Of a stretch of DNA of 64,000 nt, positions 18,076 to 30,040 are shown in pieces; the first letter of the stretch is position 1; every line of letters starts with the position of its first letter. Source of the stretch: Paraspadella gotoi (taxonomy: Eukaryota > Animalia > Chaetognatha); assembly GCA_051294375.1 (NCBI GenBank), contig CM119271.1, positions 17,155,693-17,219,692 on the forward strand. Reading direction: 5' to 3'. The notes beneath the pieces were generated by a model that worked only from the letters and a program-made list of their open reading frames with translations, ran no database searches and had not been told where the DNA came from. The position numbers were made by a program, and so were the translations under genes.

Positions 18076-18128
18076 AAATGCTGATGAAGACGTCGAAATC
18101 CGTAAGAGGTCGAAACATGTTCCAATTT
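18076..18128 (+). ncRNA. hammerhead ribozyme-like motif (Penelope pLTR-like)
   Basis: aaatg-CTGATGA-a-gac[...]gtc-GAAA-catgttcc-aattt, followed by AATAAA and TTGTTGTTAAAAAAC as in the other copies. Stem I and the cleavage site are imperfect. Confidence 0.55.
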
Positions 18129-18749
18129 TATTTGCAAAAAATAAAAATAAATTGTTGTTAAAAAACGATTTTTTCGTTAGATGCTCTTCAAGATTTTTTA
18201 TTAACAATGTTTTTTTACAAGCAGGCCAAAATCGATAAAAATCATCAAAAATTAAGGATTCAGAAGAAAAGTACATCTGCAAATATTCAAGTTGATCATC
18301 ATAAATTAATGCAGCACATTTTTTCCAATTTTAAATCATTTATTGGGAATTAATAAAAAAATAAATGGTATATCTGTAGTCGGGCTTGCTTGGTTCACCC
18401 GCCTATAAGCATGCGGCCACGCTTCAGTCTGACCCGGTTGCTTCATTGAGTAAAAGCCATCAGCTCATGACCACTAGGTACCCAGTACAGGTGCAGTTTG
18501 GCACCCGTAACAGTCCGTCGGTCAATGCAATCACGAATCGACTGTCAAACGCGCGCGCGAGATAAATGATTGCCCCGGATCCATCCCGCGCGGAACAGAC
18601 ATTTCAGGTTACGAGAGAGCGAAAGAGAGAGAGAGAGAGAGTTTCGAGATTTTCGAGATTCGAATGTTTCGGAGAAGAGAGAGAGAGAGAGAGAGAGTTT
18701 CAGATTTCAAGAATTCGAACGTTCGGAGAGAGAGAGAGAGAGGACAGAT

Positions 18750-19490
18750 ATACGACGTCTGTTCCATCACGGCGTGAACATACACTGGAACCGATCGATG
18801 TTCCTACTTTTTTGCGGGTTAACTGCGCGCCCGATATTCTTTCAAACTCGTTCAACTCGTTGACAGCTTCATACCCAGAGGCAATGTTTACGCTTCTGTC
18901 ACTCTGGGGACGCGTCCCCTATAAAAAATTTCGTGATATGCGGTTTCCCCGGCTATCTTTATTCCACAGTTAACTAACATAATCGACTATTCATTTGGCA
19001 AATATTTTTTATTGTTCAAACATAGGTTTCTACAAGATCTAACAAGGAACGAAACTTAACTACGACATTGTCACGGGCATCAGAGGAATAACTAGAAACT
19101 AACCTACGAGTTTTATTTTCTGCATGGCACACGTCAATAATACAATGAGAGAAACAATAATCATACGGGCTACAACTATGAGTATGATCTCCGTCTCGTG
19201 TCCGGATGAATTGAGTTCGAACATCTTTTCCCCGTTATCGACTGGAATTTTTAAAGTAATAAACAAAATATTTTTAAAAACATATTTTCAATTTTAAATA
19301 TACTATTATTTACTTACGCGATCGTCATCGGATTCGCACTCGTTTCAAAATAATATTTTTGGGATAGCCAATTTTTTTCGAATTTCGAATTTTAAGTTTC
19401 TCTTTACAAATCTTGATGTTTTCAAACGGGGAAGTGTTCGAAACTCGTGCCAAAAAAGTTAAATATATTATTCCAGACAGAGAGAGAGAG
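18750..19490 (-). CDS. candidate exons encoding a single transmembrane helix and tail (3' part of a putative mucin-like membrane protein)
   Basis: A 76-nt AT-rich intron GTAAGT...TTCCAG lies at 19317-19242. The next exon reads DNGEKMFELNSSGHETEIILIVVARMIIVSLIVLLTCAMQKIKL, a hydrophobic stretch followed by basic residues. Joining the upstream exon needs one assumed indel. A paralog at ~27350-27860 lacks the TM segment. Confidence 0.4.
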
Positions 19491-21950
19491 TTTTTACTTT
19501 GTTCCGGCCTTATTGCAACAATGTATCTTTTAATTATTTATTTATCCTGTTAAGTCTATCTCTTCTTCTCTCTTTCTCTCTAACAATTTCATTTCTTTTT
19601 TAAAAAAACTCACTCCCCAAAAATTTTTTTATCCCCCGGTTTTTTTTTGTTTCAACTTACCCTGTCTCACCTCTGACCATATTCTGTCTACCACTTTGTT
19701 GGCGAAAATTACAACTGCATACGGCAATGAAAAAACTTTTTCTAAAAACAATATTTTTTAAGAAACGATTCAGATAGCCCAGATAAAAAGTTTTTCTACA
19801 CAAAGTATAAGCGTTTTTTTCCAATATTTCAACATGATAAGTGGGGCCAAACAAAGGAAAAAACTCTTTAAAAATCATTCATCATCATCGTCGTACCATA
19901 TATTTTTATAGTTTTTTGCTAATTTTAAAGCAATAACAACAATTTGGAAATCTTGTAGTAATATTTTTTTATTTATTTTTTTAATCTCTACCCGAATTCG
20001 TTTTTAAAAATTCTGATTTTGAAACAAATATTTTCAAATGATTTAATAGTAATCGATAAACCTTTAATGCTTCTATGTTATTAACTGTATATAAAACCTT
20101 AAATTTTTTCTAATTTCGTTATCCACAGGGATGCTTCTAACTTTATTTATATTACGAACTCTTAGTTTTACTTTGGTTTCTGGGCATTGAGCATTTAAAA
20201 TATTTATCAATGCATAGACAACTGAAAAAAACTTTTTTATAAAATTCTATTTTTTAAGAACAGATTCAGATAGCCCATAAAAAGTTTTCTACACAAGTAT
20301 AACGCGTTTTCAATATTTCAATGATAAGTGGGCAATACAGAAAACTCTTTTAAAATCATCATCATCACCGTCGTACCATAATTTTTATAAGTTTTTTGCT
20401 AATTTTTAAGCAATAACAAAAAAATTTGGAAATCTTGTTAGTATATTTTTTAATTATTTTTTTAATTCTAACCCGAATTCGTTTTTAAAAAATTCTGATT
20501 TTGAAAAAATATTTTCATGATTATAGTAATCGATACAACTTTTATAATGCTTCTATGTTATTAATGTATATAAAATCTTAAATTTTTTTTAATTTCGTTA
20601 TCCCACGGGAATTCTCTAAACGTTTATTTATATTACAGAATCTTAGTTTTTACTACTTTGTTCCGCCTTATTGGCACAATGTATCCTTTTATTATTTATT
20701 TATCCCTGTTACGTTATCTCTCTCTCTCTCCTCTTTCTCCTCTAACAAATTCTTCTTTCCTTTTTTTAAAAAACTGCACTCAATCTGTGTTCAACTAACC
20801 CTGTCTCACCTCTGACCACTTTCTGTCTACCACTTTGTGGAAATTATCAATGCATAGGCAATGAAAAAAACTTTTTTATATCTATTTTTTAAGAACAGAT
20901 CAGATAGCCATAAAAAGTTTTCTACCAAAGTATAACGCGTTTTTTCGAATATTCAATGATAAGTGGGCAAACAAGGAAACTCTTTAAAATATCATCATCA
21001 TCGGTCGTACCATAATTTATAGGTTTTTTTTTTTGCTAATTTTAAAGCAATAAAACAAAACATTTGGAAATTTGTAGTCAATATTTTTTTATTTATTTTT
21101 TTAATCTCTACCCGAATCCGTTTTTAAAAATTCTGATTTTGAAAAAAATATTTCATGATTTATAGTATAGAGATAAAAACTTTAAATGCTTCTATGTTAT
21201 TACTGTATAAAAATCTTAATTTTTTTAATTTCGTTATCTCACAGGGATGCTCTAACGTTATTTATTTAAACGAATCTTAGTTTTTACTTGTTCTTCATTG
21301 AAGCATTTAAATATTTATCATGCTAGACAATGAAAAAATCTTTTATTAAAAAATTTTTATTTTTTAAGAAAGATTAGAATAGCCATAAAAGTTTTCTACC
21401 AAAGTATCGCGTTTCAATATTTCAATGATAAGTGGGCAAATAAAGGAAAAACTCTTTAAATCAATCATCATCAACGTCGTACCATAATTTTATAGTTTTT
21501 TGTAAATTTTAAGCAATAAACAAAAATTTGAAATCTTGTGTATATTTTTTTTATTTTTTAATCTCTACGATTCGTTTTTAAAATTTCTGATTTTGAAACA
21601 AATATTTTCATGATTTAATAGTAATCACGATAAACTTTAAATGCTTCTATGTTTTAAAACTTGTTTTATATAAAATTCTTAATTTTTTTTTAATTTAGTT
21701 ATCCCACAGGGTGCTCTATAACGTTATTTATATTACAGAACTCTTGAGTTTTTAGCTTTGTTTCGCTTAATTGCACAATGTATCTTTTTAATTTATTTAT
21801 TTTCCTGTTAAGTTATCTCTCTCTCTTCTCTCTTCTCTCTAAACAAATTCATTTCCTTTTTTAAAAAAACTCACTCATCTGTGTTCAACGTTACCCTGTC
21901 ACTCACCTCTGCGCACTCATTTCTGCTCACCACTTTGTTGGATAAAATTT
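19491..21950. repeat. tandem array of ~0.5-0.6-kb monomers with a ~1.1-kb higher-order period
   Basis: AAACTCTTTAAAATCATCATCATCGTCGTACCATA occurs at ~19860, 20340, 20975 and 21445. TTTGTTCCGCCTTATTGCACAATGTATC occurs only in every second monomer (~19495, 20655, 21755). Confidence 0.85.
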
Positions 21951-21953
21951 AAC

Positions 21954-21992
<39 letters not shown>

Positions 21993-22025
21993 TCTTCTAT
22001 TGCACAATAATTTTATCTCAAACTA

Positions 22026-22071
22026 AAAACGCTGAAGGGCTTGAATTGCTAAAGCCGAAACATGTCTGTTT
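22026..22071 (+). ncRNA. hammerhead ribozyme variant 1, unit A copy (core shortened)
   Basis: aaacgCTGAAG-ggctt[...]aagccGAAAcatgTCtgttt. It lacks part of the core relative to the 29037 copy, either from decay or from read error. Confidence 0.55.
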
Positions 22072-22319
22072 ATCAACATACACAGATTTGTGTTGAAACC
22101 AATAAAAACTTTTTCTCTCTAAATCATTTCTCTGAAAAAAGCAAGATTATCAACAATAATTTCAAATTTAAATTTTTTTATTTCTTTTTACAAGTCTTCG
22201 ATCGATTCGATGGGGAAAGTTTTTGAAAATCTCGTGCAAAAAAAATTCAGAATATATTTTCCCAGAGACAAGAGAGAGAGAGAGAAGAGAGACGCAATCC
22301 CGTTAACTATTTTGTACGT

Positions 22320-22860
22320 AGGGGAAAGCTATTAGCGTCAAATAAAGTTCCCCATCGTCTTCGCCTCCCCCAATCGGTCCCTACTCGCGAGCATCCTCTT
22401 CAAATCATAAGCATGCCCTCAAAGACGTGAGCCGCATATTTTTTTACTTTTCGTCTCATTCGGAGCAAATGCTCAGGGGTTTTGCTCGGTCTTCACTGTT
22501 ACCGCCCGTTGGGTCGTGTTGTCGCAGCCCCCCATTTGATCGAGCGTCGAACGCATCCCCGTCATCGCGGCGCTCGTCGTTGTCGAGGTCCACGTTTCGT
22601 CGAGGTCGAGCCGCATCCCCGTATCGCGGGCGCTCGGTCGTTGTCGGCGGCCCCGCGGTTTTTCGGTCGAGCTTCGCGCATGCGCCGTTGACTCGCCGTC
22701 CGTGTCGTTTTTGGCGGTACTTCGTTTCTGTCGAGCTCGAGCGCATCCCATCGTCGTGCTCGGTCTTGGCATTTGCCGTCGTCGTGTCGTCGTTTCGCGC
22801 AATCCCGCGAAAATGTTTACCGCGATCAACTCGTAGCATAATAAATGTACGATCATTTTG
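22320..22860 (-). CDS. Thr/Ser-rich mucin-like coding cassette, unit A (frameshifted)
   Basis: ACG-codon-rich GC island. Merging frames gives ..CYELIAVN..ETTT..GMRSSSTET..TTTSAAMTGMRST.., paralogous to 29340-29880. Confidence 0.4.
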
Positions 22861-24117
22861 CAAGAGTAGAGAGAGAAAGAGGAGAGAAGAGCGACTCAAT
22901 TTCAGCTTTTCAATGGAAATCATGGATTCAATTTTCGCATTGACGGACTTACGCCGCCCGGCCAACCAATTTTTTTTTGTCGCTCATTCTCCTCTTTCCT
23001 CCCCTTTTCTATCATTTGATTATGCAAATCCTCAGCTAAAATCTGACTCTTGGTTGTACATTGATGGGTTTAAGGTTTTAACATTTATCAAGCTTCTTTA
23101 TTAATTTCGGTTTTGTACTATTCTATTTTTTAATTATGCTCATAAAAAATTTGTTAAATACAAAAATATTTTTATATGAAACCAAAATACAGGACTGGAA
23201 GACGAGGCAACGAACACACCACCCAGAAGAGAGAGAGCGAGAGAGAAAGAGAGAGAGAGAGAGAGAAAGATTTTACGGATTTGTTTCATAAGTTAAATCT
23301 TATTTCTGAGATAACTATGTCAAAGATAATTTTATTCTAATTTGTGATACTATATTTTAAATTAAATTTTTTAAAATTAAGTAACTTGGAAATGATCCAT
23401 ATAATGTATTAAGTTATTCGCTTTGTATAGGATCAGGTAAAGCTTTTTTTAGCATAAGTGATAGAAAAAACTATAAGATATAAAGAGAAGAAGAGAGAGA
23501 GGAAACGAGAAAATATCAAAGCGGGGGAAATGGTCTTTTGATTCATCGCATAGGACTCCGGATATCAATCAAAAAGTATGTACTCAAAATGGTTCATGTT
23601 ATTATATTTCTGTCATGTACTTATCTATCATATAACACCTACGCCTTGCATTCACACGCAGAGAGAGAGAGAGAGAGAGAGACAAGATACATACACACAC
23701 ATCAACAAGAGAGAGAGCACGCAGCGACGTGCAAAGTTTCTGATGAAGGGCATGCGACATTCTGTCCGCGCCATGTGCTTCTAATTCTCATCTGATAATT
23801 TGGACAACCAAGATGACAGAACGTCGTCCAACCAAAAATTACATCACCTGAATAAAGAAAAATTAAATCAAATACTCGCCTCAAAGACTTATAACTAGCA
23901 AAAAAAACTAAAAAAGAATTATTCGGAGACGCCTGGCGCATTGTCCATTGATGACTCAACCTTGGATTTATCTCTTTCTCTCAAAATCTTTCCATGAGAC
24001 AGAGTTCCAAGAAAACCAAGGAAATCTTTCTTTCGTGATTCAACTATTTAAAAATTCGGATTTATCTTCTGCTTCACAACCTCCGCCGTTTTAACGCCTC
24101 AAAGCGCCCCATTTTTT

Positions 24118-24160
24118 ACGAGTTGAAGAAGAACGAAATCTCGTTCGAAACATGTCTGCT
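24118..24160 (+). ncRNA. hammerhead ribozyme variant 2, unit A copy (C3->U)
   Basis: TTGAAGA-a-gaacg[aaatct]cgttc-GAAA-catg-TC-tgct, followed by AATAAAAATTCGTTATGAAAAAC. Confidence 0.55.
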
Positions 24161-25639
24161 ATACAAATAAAAATTCGTTATGAAAAACTAAAAAAATTTA
24201 ATCTATTTCATCTAAAAAATGATATCTAGCCTATCATTCAAAGGAATTTTATAGTGATAGTCATTATTTTTTTTGGTAAAGGAAAGTAAGCAAAAACAAT
24301 TCTTTATCTCTTATTGTAGCAGAAACAAAAATTAATATTAGGAAACAAAATTAGGTGGTTCATACTTAAATTATCTTTATATGATCCATTATTTTATTTT
24401 TGTATTAAAAAAAAATATTTTTACTAATTATAAATTTTTATTTTTTACTGTTCAAAAACTATAATTTTAGAAATTAAGCCATCATTAAACAAAGGCTTTA
24501 CAAGACTAAATATTTTTTTATATTAACTAGAAGCATAAAAAACAAACATCAAAATTTTTATTCTTTTAAAATATAATTGTATACCATTTATTATTCATAT
24601 TCATCCTTAAACATATTGGATAAATTATTATTGATACCTTAAGTTGATATTAATTATAATAATAAATTAACAACAGTATAAATTCTTTTCTTTTTTATAT
24701 TTATATTAATTTTTAAAGAAAGTTAACAATCAGGTCAATCTTTAATTTTGGTTCTTCCTAATTTTAAATTTTTGGAGATAAATTAAAATTTGGAAAAAGG
24801 AAATTTACTTCTCAACGGATATTTTTTAAGAAAATTAGCCTGATATATCAAATTTTTTTAACCGTACTTTCCAAAATGATGCGAAAAAATTATATTGTTA
24901 AAAAACTTATTAAAGAAGCAAACATAATATAATTTATGCAGACGTNNNNNNNNNNNNNNNNNNNNNNNNNNNNNNNNNNNNNNNNNNNNNNNNNNNNNNN
25001 NNNNNNNNNNNNNNNNNNNNNNNNNNNNNNNNNNNNNNNNNNNNNTATCTCCTCTCTCTCATCTCTCTCTCTATTCCCTCCTTCTTCACCGATCCTGCGA
25101 TTCCAATCGTTATCCAGCGCTTTGCTCGATTTTCGTATAGGATGAAGAGGGATGAATAGAGAAAAAGTAAATGAGAAGGAGGAAAGGCAATAAAGGAGGA
25201 AATAAAGGAAAGAAAATGACCGAAATGACGGAAGTATAAAAAAAGGAGAATGGAAATTGAAAAAAAAAGGAAGAAAGAAAATGACAATAATAAGACTTAC
25301 TCACTTATTACAAAAACTTTAAATCACATCACCGACTTATTTTTGAATTAAATCATTCAAAGATATAATTATCACAACAAAAAATGCTAATATCATTTTT
25401 CGGGCTTTTCGATGCAAACCCGGTCTCTCGCACACAGAGAGCGCGAGAGAGATGTAACCAATTAATTATAAGTAATCAATTTTTTCTCTCTCCCTCTCGT
25501 TCCCCTTTCCTCATCTTCCTACCTCACTTCCCCCTTCTCTCTCCCTCGCCCCTATCCTAACCTTCCTTTTCATATGTTCCTACTTCACTTTCTGTTTTTT
25601 TCTCGTTTGTCGTGATTGCTCATCTTGTACGGTTTTTTT

Positions 25640-27049
25640 CCCGTCGCCGTCTCAAACTCCGCAAGAGGCGCCATCGTTCTGAACGCGCGATTCCGTACAA
25701 CCACGCATTATGCAGAAGTCCCAGCGGAGGCAAACGGGTTTAGAAATTAACATCTGCAACAATCTTTATCTTTTTTTCCCTCGATCCATTGAGGCAAATA
25801 TAACATTTACTCTTTTCAAAGTAATAATTTTTTGAAACTATTGATGAGCAATGTGTCATCAATTAACCTATGGGCTGCTCGCAGTTGCTTTTCGTTGAGG
25901 TTGGCTCCTCCTTGACGACGCCAAAATAAACATCGTAACTCTGAAACGTCCACGTCCGTCATCTCCCAACCAGACGACGCCGCCAACGGCCGCCAACTGC
26001 CCCCAACCGCCGCCAACTGCCGCTGACCGCGCCGTCAATAGTCGGCGTCGCCTCCAAAGAACTTCGATTCCGATGGCCTTGATTTTTTATTTCTTTTTTT
26101 CCTTCTATTTTCTCTTCTTTCTTTTTTTTCTCCTTTATTTATTTTTTTTTTTGAATGCACGATCCGACTCATGGAACTGGCGTCGTTATTTTGCAGCAAG
26201 GGGCGACGGTAGCGTGCGACGAAGTTGACACGACGACGACGTCGCTGGCGTAAGCACTGACGTATGACTGACGACGATGGAACAACGAGATTGGAGACGA
26301 CGAGTACGACGAATGGAGACAGAACGTGACGATGAACGAGACGAGTGTGAAACAACGGAACCGATGACGACGTACCGTTTGACAACGACATGGAGACAAC
26401 TGACATGACGAAGACGATGGAAACAACTGACGAACTAGACGACGACGACTGATGGACGACGATGAGGACGATGGAGACTTGACGAACGACGAAATGACGA
26501 CGTATGAGAACAACGAGATGACGTGACGACGGACATGGAGACAACTACGATGACGACGAAGAATGGAAACAACCGACGATGGCATGACCGAACGATTACG
26601 ACGACGACAATGGAGACGACGATGGAGATGACGACGAGACGCATGATGACGATGAGACGGGCACGACGACGACGCGGACGACGAACTTGACCACGACGAT
26701 GGAGACGACGATGACGACGAACGACAATGGAGATCAATACGATACGATCACTGATGGAAACAACACGATGGCGATGACGACATGACGACGACGACAATGG
26801 AGAACTGACGATGGAGATGACGACGACGATGAGACGATGGAGACGACGACGACGACGGCGACAGACGAACTTGACAACGACGGTGATGATCGAAGTCGAC
26901 GATGGCGCATGAAAGACAATTTCGACGATAACAAAATGGCGACGACGACGGCGACGACGACGATGGAGACGACGAACGACAATAAACGACGGGACGATTT
27001 AAATACGACGATGACGCACGAACTACTAAGCAATGTGCGTGACAAATAA
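25640..27049 (+). CDS. candidate multi-exon Thr-rich (TTTMETT-repeat) mucin-like gene, 3' part, indel-ridden
   Basis: GC-rich blocks at ~25640-25737, 25870-26078 and 26160-27049 are separated by AT/pyrimidine-rich spacers. 26230-27010 is a degenerate ACGACGATGGAGAC repeat, and ORF 26837-27049 reads METTTTT...TTTTMETT...DK*. Confidence 0.35.
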
Positions 27050-27303
27050 ACTAAAATGGACGCAGATATTGACCAAACTGACTTGTTTTGATGTTTAATA
27101 TTTTTAAAAATTTATTTTCAAAGTTACTGTCAATTCAAGACTATTTAACTCGAACACGAAAAAAATATATAGTAGGTGCATTATGTGTGCATCGTCCTCC
27201 GTCGTGCATACCAATTCACGATTCGAACCTGTCAAACATGTCAAACGCGCGCGCGAGAACAATATCACCGGCCGCGATTCGTCCCGCGGCGCGACGACAT
27301 TCG

Positions 27304-27344
<41 letters not shown>

Positions 27345-27935
27345 ACCGACGTCTGTTCCGTCCCGCATATATCGACGTCTGTTCCGTCCTACAACGAAAC
27401 AAACAATCGGAACCATCAAGGTTCCTATTTTTTTACGGCTTAAAGCCATGGTGCCCCTATATTTCAAAACTCGTCAAACCGTTGACAGCTCCTAGCCAGA
27501 GGCAATGTTTACCTTCTGTCACACAGAGAGAGCGCGTCCTCATAAAAAACTTTTCACGAATATGCGGGTTCCCCCGGCTATCTTATTCCATAGTTAACTG
27601 ACATCAATAGAACTATTCATTGGCAAATATTTTTTATTATTCAAACATAGGTTTCTATATCTAACAAAGGAACAAAACAAACTACGATATTATTACAAGG
27701 ACAGGGAAATATCCTAGAAACTAACATACAAATTTTATTTTTACATGCACATGATCTCCATCTCGTGCCCGGACACATTTTTTTAAACTTCGAATTTTTT
27801 AAACTTCACAAGAATCTCGATCGATAAATTCGTGCCAAAAAAAGTTAAAATATATCACCCAGACACGAGAGAGAGAGAGAGAGAGAGAGAGATGAAGAGA
27901 GAGAGAGAGGAGACCGAACGACAGCGGAGAAACCC

Positions 27936-27972
<37 letters not shown>

Positions 27973-27984
27973 AGTCGACCGCTT

Positions 27985-28480
27985 CGTACGTGGGGAAAGC
28001 GACGGGAGTTAATAACGACCCCCCCGTCCGCTTCATGCCTCCCCCCATCAGTCCCCACTAGCGAATCGTCCTCGCTCTCCCCCACCATTTCCAGCTCCCC
28101 GTAAATGGTTTCTCCCCCATCGACGGGAGCGTGAACCTCGGTTCCATCGAGCTCGAATGCTCCGGGGGCTCGATCGGTTCCATTCACCGCGAGAATCGCC
28201 GTCGTCGTTGAAGCGGCACTCGACGACCGCGATAATGGCACCGCGGTCGTCGTCGAGCGCCGCGGCACCGCGGTCGTCGTCGGCGCGGCACTCCCGATCG
28301 ACGACGCGGTAATCTTCCTCGGCGGCGCGGTACTCATCGTCGTCGTCGTCGTCGTCGCGGTCCGCGTTTCGATCGAGATCGCGCCCCGCGTTTCGATCGC
28401 CGGCGTCGTACCGATCGCCGTTTTCTCCGTCGTCGCCCCCCGAGAGACATCGGCCTTCGCCCGCGCTAATTCGAATACCC
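27985..28480 (-). CDS. Thr-rich cassette 1 of unit B
   Basis: ORF 27855-28337 reads MSTAPPRKITASSIGSAAPTTTAVPRRSTTTAVP...VNGTDRAPGAF...FPHV. It shares NGT..PGAF with cassette 2. Copies lie at ~35590-36140 and ~41910-42460. Confidence 0.4.
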
Positions 28481-28963
28481 GTCTAAAAAAATCGTTCCAA
28501 TCGTAATTTTAAGCAATAAAACAAAAAAATTTGGAAATCTTGTAGTAATATTTTTTATTTATTTTTTTAATCTCTACCCGAATCCGTTTTTAAAAATTCT
28601 GATTTTGAAAAAAAATATTTTCATGATTTATAGTAATACGATAAACTTTAAATGCTTCTATGTTATTAACTGTAAATAAAATCTTAAATTTTTTTTTAAT
28701 TTCGTTATCCCACAGGGATGCTATAACGTTATTTATATTACAGAACTCTTAGTTTTTACTTTGTTCCGCCTTATTGCACAATGTATCTTTTAATTATTTA
28801 TTTATCCCTGTTAAGCCTATCTCTCTCTCTCTCTCTCTTTCTCTCTAACAAATTTCATTTCCTTTTTTAAAAAAACTCACTCAGTCTGTGTTCAACTTAC
28901 CCTGTCCTCACCTCTGACCACTAGTCTGTCTCACCACTTTGTTGGAAACTTTAACTCTCCCTT

Positions 28964-29000
<37 letters not shown>

Positions 29001-29036
29001 TCTTTTGCACAATAATTTATCCAATTCACAAACTAA

Positions 29037-29082
29037 AAACGCTGAAGAAGGCTTGAATGCTAAAGCCGAAACATGTCTGTTT
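29037..29082 (+). ncRNA. minimal type-I hammerhead ribozyme variant 1, best copy
   Basis: aaacg-CTGAAGA-a-ggctt[gaatgcta]aagcc-GAAA-catg-TC-tgttt. It has a 5-bp stem I (one G-U pair), a 5-bp stem II, a palindromic stem III and a GUC cleavage triplet. Confidence 0.85.
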
Positions 29083-29274
29083 ATCAACAAAAACAAATTT
29101 CGTTGAAAACCAATAAAAACTTTTTTTCTCCAAATCATTTACAACGAAAAAAGAAAGGATTATCACATAATTTCAAATTTAAATTTTTTAGTTCTTTTAC
29201 AAGTCTCGATCGATTCAACGGGGAAAGTTTTCGAAAACTCGTGCCAAAAAAATTTTCAGAATATATTTTCTAGA

Positions 29275-29313
<39 letters not shown>

Positions 29314-29339
29314 GCCAACGCCGTTAATTAACTATTTCG

Positions 29340-29880
29340 TACGTGGGGGAAGCAATTGGCGTCAAATAAAGTTCCCCATCGTCTTCACCCTCCCCCCAAT
29401 CGGCCCCCCTACTCGCGAGATCCTCTTCAAATATAACGATCGCCCGCATATTTTTTTACTTTCGTCTCATTCGGAACGAATGCTCCAGGGGTTTGCGCGG
29501 TCCCATTCACTCGTCCGCCCGTCGCGGTCGTCGTTGTCGTGGGCCGCATCCCTGCCATCGCGGTCGTCGTTGTCGCGGGCAGTGTTTCGATCGAGGTCGA
29601 ACGCATCCCCATCATCGCGGTCGTCGTTGTCGCGGCCCGCGTTTCGGTCGAGCTCCCGCGCATCGCCGTTGACATCGCCGTTGTCGTCGTTTTTGGCGGA
29701 ACTCGTTTCGGTCGAGCTCGAGCGCATCCCCGTCGTCGCGCTCGTCATTGGCATCACCGTCGTCGTTGTTGTCGTTTCTGCGCGATCCCGAGAAACGTTT
29801 ACCGCGATCGAAGGTCGCGACGCGTTGATGTTCGTTCGCATCAACTCGTAGCATATAAATGTAACGAAACATTTTTGCCA
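29340..29880 (-). CDS. Thr/Ser-rich mucin-like cassette 2 of unit B
   Basis: ORFs 29467-29919 and 29427-29675 joined by one frameshift give FVTFICYELM..NAS..NVS..ETTTTTTVMPMTSATTGMRSSSTET..TTTTAMMGMRSTSIET..VNGTAQTPGAFVPNETK. It contains ~16-20-aa repeats and four N-glycosylation sequons. Confidence 0.45.
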
Positions 29881-30040
29881 GAGAGAGCGACTCAATTTCA
29901 GCTTTTCAATGGAAATCATGGCATCTCAATTTCCGCATATGACGGACTTCGCCGCCCTGCCAACCGATTATTTTTTTTGTCACTCATTCTCCTCTTTCTC
30001 CCCTCTTCATCATTTGATTATGCAAATCCTCAGCTTAAAA

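Larger units (their letters stand above)
18540..24945. repeat. macro-repeat unit A
   Basis: Colinear with 27228-35403, 35429-41100 and 54099-56985. Shared landmarks include CTGTCAAACGCGCGCGCGAGA, the GC-rich cassette, GATTATGCAAATCCTCAGC and GGGCATGCGACATT. Confidence 0.85.

Noticed and set aside
18375-18520. GC-rich island as a possible structured RNA or SINE
   Set aside because: No A/B boxes, ribozyme core or second copy were recognisable.
23738-23780. CTGATGAAGGGC...GTCC as another hammerhead (also ~34773, 39039, 55359)
   Set aside because: The required GAAA after stem II is absent in all copies.
29467-29700. DNDDRD-repeat frame as a neuropeptide or acidic precursor
   Set aside because: It is an alternative frame of the ACG-rich cassette with no dibasic or amidation pattern. 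The Thr frame is more consistent across paralogs.
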